Shown: in pieces, positions 12,543 through 23,281 of the stretch
How positions within the stretch are numbered: position 1 is the first letter of the stretch
Layout: every line of letters starts with the position of its first letter
Assembly (NCBI GenBank): GCA_000388065.2
Contig: KB932204.1
Length of the DNA stretch: 61,602 nt
Reading direction: 5' to 3' (one strand)
Origin: Fonticula alba ATCC 38817
Lineage: Eukaryota > Protista > Nucleariida
Notes under the pieces: generated by a model
The model's input: the letters and a program-made list of their open reading frames with translations, nothing else
Database searches by the model: none
Told to the model about the DNA's origin: nothing
Translations under genes and position numbers: made by a program

Positions 12543-12968
12543 TTGGCAGATAGAAACTGGGTCTGTGGGTGGGAGACAGGGGCAGAGAGAGGGAGAGAGA
12601 GGCGGGAGGGAGCGCGCATGCTCACAAGCAAGGAGAGGCTCTCCCTCGGAGGTAGACCTTCACTCGATGCACCTCTGCATGCGTGGCCGGTCGCCTTTCC
12701 CCCGCGCCCGCCCCCTCGCCGCCGCCGCCGCCACCGCCGAGACCTCCGCCTGACATTCACCTCTTGGTGGGTGTGCGCGCGTGTCAGGCGCGCGCGCACA
12801 CTCACGGACGAGAACACCAGGATGGGAGGTCATCATGGCCCCCAGAGGGAACGGGGGGACATGCGCGGGCGCAAGCGGCAGGCGGCAAGCAGGGGGGGGG
12901 GGGGCGGGGGCGAGGCATGGAAAGGGTCGGGGGAGCAACGCGAAAAGGAAAGAGGCATCCTGGCGCGC

Positions 12969-14737
12969 TTACAGGTCACCATGAGCGTGGTGGTCCTTCT
13001 TCTCCTCGTCCTTCTTCTCGTCCTTCTTCTCCTCCTTCTTCTCCTCCTCGGCGGCGGCGGCGGCGGCGGCGGGCTTGGGGGCGGTGCCGTTGGCCTCGAT
13101 GAATTTCTTGAAGCCCTCGACGGTGCGCTCACCGTTGAAGTCCACAACCTTGCCGTCGGCGGTGACCAGCTTGATGGTGGGGAAGCCGTGGATCTCGAAC
13201 CCGGCATCCAGGGGCAGGTCGTTGGCGGTGGCGTCCATCTTGGCAATGACGATGTTGGAGTTGGACTTCAGGTCGCCGGCGAGCTCATCGTAGATGGGGA
13301 TGAGGTTCTTGCAGTGGCCGCACCAGGGGGCGTAGAACTGCACAAGGACATCCTTGCCCTTCTCGTTGACGATCGAGTCGTAGGTCTTGCCGACGACAAC
13401 GGTGATCGGGCCCTCCTGCTTCTCGGGGATGGGCTCGGACTTGAGGGTGGGAGTGACAGAGCCATCGAGCATGCCCTTGGCCAGCTTGCCAATCGCCTCG
13501 GCGGTGATGGCCGCATCCTGGGACAGGGGGAACTTGGCGCCCTTCTGGCCCTGGATGGCGAAGGCCGGGAACTCCTGCTTGAGGTTCAGGGCCTCGGCGA
13601 AGGCGCCATACTTGGTGGCATCGAGGTAGACGAAGTTCATCTTGCCCTTGAGCTCCTTGGCGATGGCCTCGACGCCCTTGCCGAGGGTGGCACGGTGCTC
13701 GTCGGTGGTGACGAACAGGACGGCCATCGGCAGGGGGGAGCTGGCGAAGTGCTGGTAGTTGGACTGGTTCAGGTCCTCCATGAGGGCCACCGAGTTGTCG
13801 GAGACGAACTTCTGGACGGTGTCCACGGAGAAGTCCGAGCCCTGGAGGATGTTCTTGCCCTCGTCGAACTTCTTGAACAGGACAACAGCCGGGGCGGTGA
13901 CGCCGTGGGCCTTGGCCAGGTCGGCCGAGGTGGTCGAAGCGAAGGACATCTTCTCGCGCAGCTTCTCGGCGACGTTCTTGAAGTTGGCGGCCTTGGCGTC
14001 GCCCTCCTCGAAGAAGCCGACAACAACGACGCGGTCGTCCTCGATGAACTTGGTCAGCTCGTCGGCCTTCTCGAAGGTGGAGACGGCGGGCAGGACCTGC
14101 CTGTGGTGCCGAGCGCAGCCGGAGGCAGAGGCCCGGCAGCGGGGGAGGGGAAAGGGGGAGGGGGAGAGAAGCACGCGATGGCACGAGCAGGTCAGTCATC
14201 ACACCTCGGGCAATGCACGCACAGACACGCCCGAGCGCCCACGGTGCCGGCGCGCCCCTCGCCCCACACACACCCTTGCGACACAGGCGGGGGAGGAGAG
14301 GAGCGAGGCAAGGCGGGGCCGGCCGCGGGGAGGGGGGAGAGAACGTACTTCTTCATGAAAGAGACCAGGGCATCGACCTCACGGGCACCGGAGTAGTCGA
14401 CGACGCTGTCGCCCTTGTTGCGGAAGACCTTGAGGGTGGGGTAGCCGCGGATGCCGTGCTTCTGGCAGAGCTCGGTCTGCTCAGTGCAGTCGACCTTGGC
14501 AATGGTGGCGATGCCCTTGAGCTTGGTGGCGGCCTCCTCGTACTTGGGAGCCAGCTGCTTGCAGTGGCCGCACCAGGGGGCGAAGAACTCGACCATGGAG
14601 GTGGCACCCTCGGCGTTGACGACGGAGTCGAAGTTGTCCTTGTTGAGGTCGACAACATCGGAGGCGGCGGCGATGGCGGTGAGGGCCAGGAGGGCCATGA
14701 GGGCCAGGCCGAAGGCAGAGCGGGTAGCGGGAGCCAT
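12969..14737 (-). CDS. PDI1: Protein disulfide isomerase (a-b-b'-a'), 506 aa
   Basis: Exons 14737-14349 and 14100-12969 (GTACGT..CAG, phase 2). Signal peptide MAPATRSAFGLALMALLALTAIAAA, two FxAPWCGHCK active sites, GYPTLKVF and GFPTIKL motifs, acidic/basic tail ending HGDL*. Confidence 0.97.
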
Positions 14738-17578
14738 GTTGAACAGTGCGGTGGGGGGAGAACTGGGCGGGAGAGAGGGCGGGGCGGGGGGNNNNNNNNN
14801 NNNNNNNNNNNNNNNNNNNNNNNNNNNNNNNNNNNNNNNNNNNNNNNNNNNNNNNNNNNNNNGAGCACCACCCACCGCACTTTCGGGCGATGCCCCCCCC
14901 CCCCCCCGCCCCCCCGGCCACCCTGGAACCTGTGCAGCGCCCGGCCCGGAAGGCGTCCGGCGGCCGGGCATCAAAAGAGCGCACAACTGCGTGTGCGACT
15001 GGCGCGAGAGCTGGGTCCCATGTTCGCCCGGGGCTTCGCTGGAAAGCGGCCCGGCCTGTCCACGGGTCTGCCCTTTCCCGCGGCGGAGACGAGCGGTGGC
15101 TTGGGGGCGCCGTCCCCGGACGGCACATTCTCGAAAGAGAGGCGTCTTCTTGCGTCGACCGCCGGGGCCGCGCCCAATGGGCTCTCGCCAGCTAGTCAGC
15201 CCGCTTGCCCCCCGCTTTTGGCTTCCCCTTGGGGGGGGGGGGGGGGGGGCTCGGGCAGGGGAAGGATACCCCACCGCTCGGGCGGCCTCCCAGCGCCAGG
15301 AGAGGCACACCGACGTCTCTCCCGGTCTCAGGGGCCGGGCCGGCGCGGGACGCCTGGCCGCGCGCAAGGGGCGCCGGCCGCGGCACGCGACGTCGTCCAG
15401 CTGCGGTGTGGGCCGGGCCGGTGTGCGCGGGAACCGGCCAGCTTCGGAGTGCAAGCGCCCGCGCCCGGCCTCCCGGGGCGGGGCCGGCCCGAGGGATCGA
15501 CATGAGAACCCGAGACGGGGGGGGCCGGAGGGGCGCCTCCTCTCTCCGCTGACCTTCTCCGCCTGGCGGGGGGGCGGAAGCGCGCCAGCTGCACCGCCCC
15601 GGTGCTTAGGGCCCGCGCAACAGCCCACCCAGGAAGCCCGGGAGAGGACGGGCGGGGGGGGGGGGGGGGGACAGGATTATTCAGGGCCCCCGGGCCCGGG
15701 CCCCGGGAAAGGCCGCCCCCCCGGAACAAACCACACAAAAAGACAGGGGCCCGGGGGGGGGGGGGGGGGGAACTCGCTCGCCCTCTCGCCCTTCCGCTCT
15801 CGTGCGGCCCCGGCCCCCGGCCGCAGAGAAGAACGCCAGCCAAAATGGCACATTTAAAATCACCCCAAGTATCCCCCCAGAGCATTTTAGACTCTTGCCC
15901 TTCCCCCGACGCCTGGGGCGCTGCCTCGTGTTTCACGCCGGCGCGGCCGGAAGGCGCTCGAGTTGTCCCCCTTTCCGGGGCGTCCCGGCGGCCCGGGCGC
16001 AAGGGGCTCTCCCGCTGGCGCCGCCCGGCAGACGTGGAACACACACACACACACACACGCCGGCAGGGAGGGCTGGGGTCGCGGGTTCTTCGTCTCGGGC
16101 CTCGCGCCCCGGCATGGACAGGCCATTAGTCATCCGCTTGCGGGCATCATGTTCCCCACCCGCCGCCCTCCCGGGGAGAGTTGGTCAGACAGGCCGCCGC
16201 CGGAACGGCCCGAGCCGCGGTAATGAGAGGGCTCGTGCGCCTGCTCGCCGGGGCGCGATGTCTGTCTCCCCCTGGCCCCCTGGCGCGCGCCGCCGGGCTC
16301 CCCAGCCCCCCGGTCCCCACTCGCGGAGAGCCCCGGGAACATGCACAGGCCCGCCCGCCGGGGGCCGCCCCCCCCCCCCCCTCCGCTCGCCGGGCCCGCG
16401 AAAAAGGGGCACCCAATCAACTGACAGATATTCATCCGGGCAAGCGGGCTAGTTCGATGTGGAGAGCGCTGATTGGTTATGTAAGAGTAATGGTCACATG
16501 ACCAAACACACACCCCGAGGCCCGGCTCGCCTGGCGCCCCCTCCGGGAGCGGAGGCGTCGCGCTCGGCGCCTCGGGCGCGCGGGTCGCCGGCAGCCTGGG
16601 GCGCCACTCGCGCGCCTGCGTTGCGTGGCCCCGCCACCGCCCGCCGCCCGGCCAATTGCTTACGCACGCAGCCTGTCGGTCTTGGCACGGGGGGCGGGGG
16701 GGGGGGGGGCGGGGGGCGGGGCGCTGGCAGGGACGCCGGCCTTGGCGCGCCCGGGAGTATGTCCGGGGACAACAGGGCCGGGCGTGCCCTCACGCCGGTT
16801 GCCCTGTTGCCCACGCAGCGCCACCTCTGTTTGAGCCCCTGCCGGTGGGCGTGGGCGCGCGTGCGCGCCTGCCTCGCCCCGGCCCTCCCTCGCCCCGTCG
16901 CCCGCCCTCCCGCGCCGGATCGGCCCCGGTGGCCCGCCTTCCGAAGCAGATGCGGCGCCTGCCCCGGCCCCGAGGCCGGCCGGCCCCGAGCCGTTCCCCC
17001 GCCCACAAGTTCCCCATCTTGGCCAAGCAAGGATCCTGGGCGCCGTTGCCGATCGGGGGGGGGGGGGGGGCACTGCCCGGAATCCGGCTCCTGCCGGCAC
17101 CCCGCCCAGGACTCGGCGGTCACCCACAATCGCAGCCCGATCGCCGGCGGGCGCTCGCCTTCCCGCCTCCCGTGGCATGGCAGGGGGACCCCACCCTCGC
17201 CGCGGCTCCGGACTCACCAGCCTCCCCACCCCCCCCCACCCCCTTGCCGACTCCTTGGGCCAGAGGCACACCTCTCTCCCTCTTCCTTCCTCGCTCTCCC
17301 TGTCTCTCCACCCTTCCCTCCCCCTGGGGATATGCGCCACGTGCACATACACATGGCAATCTACATTGGTTTCATTGGGAGAGGGCGCATCAGAACGGCA
17401 ACGCCACATGGGCCGCCTGGCTCTCGCTCTCGCCAAGGTGGGGCGCAAATGTACACGCGCGCGGCTGGGCGCATTCACGCGCACTCACCCCCGCAGCAAG
17501 AGGGGAAGGAGGGGGGGGAGCGGGGGAGGGGAGGGACACAGGAGGGAGCCCTGCTCTCCCCGGGGGCGAGAGGCCGTC

Positions 17579-20500
17579 TCAGTACAGATGCGGCGGAGGG
17601 GGCTCCGGCACCGCACACACCAGCCAGGGCTCCTTCTCGCTGGAGGCACCGGCGGCGGCGGCCGCCGCCTCGTCTTCCCCCACATCGCCAAGCCCGGGCC
17701 CCCCGAGCCCGGCACCGGTCGACGGGTCGGGCGAGCAGAGGCTCCCGCCCACCGACGGACAGGGGATCGACGCCGGCGGGAAGGGCAGCACAATCACCTG
17801 GGCCTGGGCCAGGCTGGCCGACTCGGCCTCGGTCCAAACCCCATGAGACCGGCGCCACTGCCGACGTTGCTCCGACTCGCGCGTCGGGTCCAGCACCGCA
17901 TCGGAAGACATGTCGCCGCTGCCCTGCCAGCCGAACTCCGCATCCTCATCCTCCCAAAGCCCATGCGTCAGGCGCCACTGCCGGCGCTCCTCCAACTCGG
18001 TGGCGGTCAGCCCGCGCGGCGGCGGCCGAATGAAGGACCGCACCGAGGCCGAGGACACATGCATCCGCTCCAGCAGCGCCTCCATCCGGGCATCCGGCTC
18101 CTCGTCGAAGGAAAACCCGGTCGGATCGAAGACCGCCGCGTAGGAGAGCCGATGCAGGGGCGCGGCCGGCCGGGCAGGATGATCCCCGGTCCCGGTCCGC
18201 ACCCCGGCCGCGGCCGGGCCACTGTGCTGGCTGGACAGGGACTCGCGGGGCGCACCGGACGACGACGCCAGGTCCGGGTTCATCTGCATGCGTTCCAAAT
18301 CCACAACCATGTCGTCGTCATACTCCATCGGCGAAAGGAGCGGCGACTCGGCGGACCCGCGAGCCCCGCTGCTCCCGGTGGTGGTGGTGGCCGCCGGCCC
18401 GGCCCGGCCGGAGCTCGACTGCCGGCCCCCGAGCAGCGGCACGCGCCGGCGATGGACAAACAGCTCCGATGGGTAGGCCTGTCCCAGGCGCAGGACCCAG
18501 AAGAGGAAGAGGCCCACCAGGGCCTCCACCGCGCCTCCGAGCGGCACAGCCAGCCACTGGGAGAAGGGGAAGAACAGCCGGCCAATGAGGACCGCCAGCA
18601 CAAGCAGGAAGATGTACACCTGGGTCATCATCCGCAGCCGCGAGAGGGCATTGAACTTCAGGGCCACCGCTCGGAGGTAGTAGACCGCCTGGATGGGGGT
18701 CGCAGCATCCCGAGCTGCGCATGGATGTGCACCACAAACGGCCAGAGCAGGCAGATGCGCGCGGTCACAGCAGGGCGGAAGGCGACATGGGACGTTAGAA
18801 GCCGCCGGCAGGGGGAGCATCAGCCGGAGGGAGAGGGGGCAGCAGATCCAATTCGCCCCCCCCCCCCCCCCCCCATGGGAGTGGTCGAGACATACCGGTA
18901 ATGAGAACCTGGATGCGCAAGGCCATCCGGCGAAGGTGCGACAGCGTCTCCATGCTGTATGTGTTCATGAAGCGTGCCAGGAGGAAGACCACAAAGTACT
19001 GATGAGAGGGCCGAGGAAAGGGTCAGCAAGCGAGGCAAATGTTGGACCACGGGCGCCGGGGACTGGCCGGCCTTCCCCCCCCCCCCCCCTTTTGTTCCCC
19101 GGTACCCGGCCCCGGGCCAGGTCGCCATCTTTCCGGCCCGCGGAGTGGCACGGTGCGACACATACCGTGAGGAAGTTGAAGCCAGGCGAGATCAGCAGAA
19201 CCATGAGACCGGCGAAAATGGCCGGGGGGACTGGGCAGCAGGCGAGCCAAGCCCCCGACAAAGCGACGAGAAGGGATACGTGCAGGGGTCAGAAGCCGGC
19301 AAAGGGGGAAAAAAAAACCCCACCCCCCGTGCAGGGCATGTCGCCCGAAACGCACTGACAGAGCCCTTCCACTCGGGCGACGAAAGATCCGGCCGCGAGA
19401 CACCCCAGCCCAGCGCCAGGGCGATGAGCAGAAACACGCGATACCCATAGCTGACCGAGATGGCAATCGGCGCCATCCAGGAGTACGAGTTCTCCACGTA
19501 GCCATTCCGATCAAGCGTCAGCAGATAGAGACTGCCGGCCGTCCAGGCCAGTGTCATCAGCGCCATCGAGAGGACCACGCTCCGATGGGCCGCGATTTTG
19601 GTCTTCGCGTGTGTGCGTGTGCGTGTGCGAGGGTTGTAGACAGGGCGGCGGGGGTAAGGGGGCGAAGGGGGGCGCATTGGGTGCCAGGTGGCGGATGGGA
19701 AAGGACAGGGCTTTCGGTGGGGGGNNNNNNNNNNNNNNNNNNNNNNNNNNNNNNNNNNNNNNNNNNNNNNNNNNNNNNNNNNNNNNNNNNNNNNNNNNNN
19801 NNNNNNNNNNNNNNNNNNNNNNNNNNNNNNNNNNNNNNNNNNNNNNNNNNNNNNNNNNNNNNNNNNNNNNNNNNNNNNNNNNNNNNNNNNNNNNNNNNNN
19901 NNNNNNNNNNNNNNNNNNNNNNNNNNNNNNNNNNNNNNNNNNNNNNNNNNNNNNNNNNNNNNNNNNGGGGGCATGCCTTACGGGTGAGTCGAGCTAATCG
20001 GAGAGGAAGAGAAGGGGCAAGGGGGGTGGATAAAAGAAAGGCAGCGGGGGTGGCAGTGCCAGCTCGAAAGGCAAAGTGAGGGCCTCATATCGGGGCAGGA
20101 GCGCCGCCGCCGCCAGCGCACCTTCATGGTGAGATAGTTATCCACCGAGGGGCAGGCATACATCCAGAGGCTGTAGGTGGAGGGCTCACTGGAGGTGTCG
20201 GGCGTGGTGCCGCGGAAAAAGAGGTTGTCATCATGGAGGAGCGAGTGCACTTGGCACTTGAAGGGTTCCGGCGCCGAGGGGTCCTGCGGACGGGTGGAGC
20301 TGGCACAAATGTCTGCCAGGCCGGAGGTGAGCTTCGCAGAGGCAACAGGGCGAGGGAGGGGTCAGTTGGGGGAGGGGGGAATGTCCAACATGGCGGCCCC
20401 AGGGCCGGGGAGAAGAGGTGGAGGAGAAGTGCCCTGGCGGGCTGCCACAGCCGATCGTACATAGGACAGCTCCTCCATGGTACACCACTGGAGGAGGACG

Positions 20501-20883
20501 GGATTGTCCTCGGAAATGGGCTGCCTCAGCGAGGGTCAGCATGGCACAAGCACACACGTCGCATAGTTAACGTCAGTCACCAGCACCAGAGGGGGAGGGG
20601 GGGGGAGGGAGGCGAGAGGGAAAGCCCGCGCAAGAAGCACCCCCCATCGGGGGGGACGTACAATCGAGGAATCCAAACTGAATTGGTAGTGCCCACCGGG
20701 GCGCATGGTGTATGTAGACTGCCCGCCGATGGACATGCGGACTTGAATCAGGGCCGGCGTCGTGTATGTCGGCCGCAGGGAGATGGTCGTGTCCTGAACG
20801 AGGGCCTGCGCCGAGGACAGCAGCAGGGTGGCCAACAGGGCCACAGCCAGCAGGAGCGTCCAGGCCGAAGAGGGCCGTGCCAT
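17579..20883 (-). CDS. GOST/LUSTR-family seven-transmembrane protein (GPR107/GPR108/TMEM87-like)
   Basis: Exons 20883-20662, 20520-20461, 20331-20122, (probable exon in gap 19725-19966), 19602-19356, 19230-19166, 18998-18896, 18714-17579, all phase-consistent. Signal peptide, lumenal domain and TM region with RVFLLIALALGWGVSRPDL (compare TMEM87 RTLVIIVSLGYGIVKPRL, from memory), then a long cytosolic tail. Confidence 0.75.
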
Positions 20884-22741
20884 GCTCCTCCCGGTATGGG
20901 GAACTGAGATCCCGACGGCAGGTTAGCAATCGCGGACATGGCGAGGTGGCCACCGCAGGCCCGAGCATATACCAAGGCCAGCATGGCGACAGGTTGGGAC
21001 CCCCCCCACGAGAGAGAGAGAGATGGGGGCGGAGAGAGGGAGAGAGGGAGAAGGGGCGGGAACACACCGTTGGCGTCAAAAGGCCCCCTCATGGTTGAGG
21101 CTAAGTGGCGAGGCAAAGGGGGTAGCGTCGCTGGAAACGGGGCAATATGCCTTGCGCAAAGGACCCTGGGGGAGGGGCGTCGCGAAATAGCAAACACAAA
21201 CGCAGGAGCAGGGGGGGGGGAGGGAAGGAAACAAGGAGAGGGTAGAAAAGAGCGGGCGAGGAGCAGGCAGAGGGGGAGGGGGGGGGGACAGGAGGATGTG
21301 AGAAGGCGTGGGTGCGGAAGATCCCCGGATCGGGGGGGCCGGGGGCGGGGATCTGGCTGAAAAAAGGCATTTCTCGGGAGGAGCGGAGGAAGCCATGATC
21401 GGCCTTCGGTGCCCGGCGGAGGTGGGCCGGGGGGGGGGGGGGGAGCAGCCGGTGCGGGACGAGATCGCGCCTGGCGACCCCCCTCCCCCAGGACCATCTT
21501 CCGTGCCGGAGCCGCTCCGGGCGAGTCATCACTCGCCACGCGCCATTTCCCGTCCCGGCATGCCCCCGCCCCCCCACTGCCGAAGCTGGCTCCCTAGTGC
21601 GTCTTCTGGCCAGCACACGCACACACACACACACACATGCACCAACGTGCTTCACCGCCCGAGGGGGGGGGGGGGGCCTTTCTTCGGTAAGGGCCCGCTT
21701 GCCGAAAGCAGAAGCAGCTGTGCATCCCGGCCTCGCGCGTTGACCGGTGCAGGCCGTTCCTTCGCGGCGAGGGGGGCCAATGAACACCCCCCCCCACCCC
21801 GGGGGGGGGGGAGGGGCCATCAGCATGAGACAGCATCTGGCCTCTGGCGAAGTCCCGCCCCCCTCGGCCCTTAGCCAGCCAAGCCCCGGCACGGTCGCGA
21901 GGCCAAGCCCCCGGAGCATGGTCCCTGGCCGATCGTCACCCCTCCGGTGTGCTCCCTTGGCCCGCACGCATTCCTCGAGCACATCTCTCGCGCCCGGAGC
22001 CGGGCCCCGGGCAGGAACATGATCGAGCATCTCCGGCGTCGATGGGAGTCAAGGGCGTCAGCCCGGCGCACAGGGACCCGGAGCCAGTGTGGTGCGAGAT
22101 TCAATCCGCCGGCTACCCCGCAGCGTCGCCCGCGGCGGCCGCGCCTCCCAGCCGCGCTGGAAGCCCCGACGCCCAGGCGGATCCCGGCGCGCTCGACCCA
22201 AAGAATGCCCCCCCCCCCCCGCCCGCCCCCCCGCCCACAGCCCAAGTGCACGGTTCAATCTTATTATTCTTTCCTCTTCTTTCCTGGGGCGTGTGGTGCT
22301 ACTGGCTCTCGCCCCTGCGGCCGTGGAAAGGGGCGCCGGATACTCGCGCGCCTCTCTGTGACGTATGGTCCACTCGGAGCAAGGCGGGGGGTTAGGGTTG
22401 GTGGGTCGCGTGACAGAGAATCTGCTGTTTTGTATGTTCCGTGCTGCCTTTGGAGCATGGCGGACCCGTGTCGCCGGCCGGACGGCTGCCCCATGCAGCC
22501 CGACCGACTCGGGGGATTCTGACCGGCCTCTCGATCGCGCTGCTCCCTGCTCACGGATCGGGCCGCGCTCCGTGGGGACCTCCCGCCGGGTCTTTTTCGG
22601 TGCCCACTGGGCATTCGCGGAGGGAACCATCGAACGCAGTCCCCCCCCACCCCCACCCCCGCCACCGCCGCCACCACCACCATCACCGCCACCACCTCCT
22701 CCTCCTCTCCGCCGCTCGGCTTGTTTGCCTGACTCACGGCC

Positions 22742-23097
22742 ATGATCCGCCGCCCCCCAACCGAAATCACCCTCGGCCCGGAGGATCTCACCGCCTACAT
22801 GGCCGCCGCTCCATCCTCTGCCGGTCCTGCTAGCCCGGCCAGCCATACCATTGACCTCCAGCAGCAGCAGCAGCAGCAGCAACAGCGGCAGCAGCAGCCG
22901 GCCGATCAGACACCCCCGTCGACCGGGCCCGTGCCCCATGCGCCTGGGAGAAGTGCCCCACAAGGCGCGTCCGTGCGTGCCACCTCCTCGCCTGTGCCCG
23001 AAGAAACAAGCGACGCCTGTCTCACCCTCCTCTCCACTCCGTTCCACTGGCCGTCGGTGCCACCCAGTCGGCCGACTCCTGGCCCCAGCAACTCTGA
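22742..23097 (+). CDS. CDC26: APC/C subunit Cdc26/Apc12, about 79 aa with a polyQ linker
   Basis: N-terminus MIRRPPTEITLGPEDL matches the Cdc26 signature (human MLRRKPTRLEL, yeast MIRRAPTTLQL). Probable exons are 22742-22972 and 23089-23097 (GTGCGT..CAG). The 3' end is uncertain. Confidence 0.75.
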
Positions 23098-23281
23098 GCG
23101 CATTCGGGGGAGGGGGAAGGGCGGAAAGCAGGCAAGGGCACATCAGCAAGCCGACCGGGTGTTTGTATTATTGGCACGCGCATCTTTCCGCGCTCGCCGG
23201 TTTCTTCTTTCCCCGGCGCGATGGCATCCGACGCCACGCCCAAATACAGCCTCCCTGGATGATACTCCCTTCCTGGCGCCG

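Noticed and set aside
15174-15192. CCAAT-N9-CCAGC upstream of PDI, resembling the ER stress element CCAAT-N9-CCACG
   Set aside because: Two mismatches in the 5-nt half-site, the ATF6/ERSE system is metazoan, and such a match is likely by chance at this GC content.
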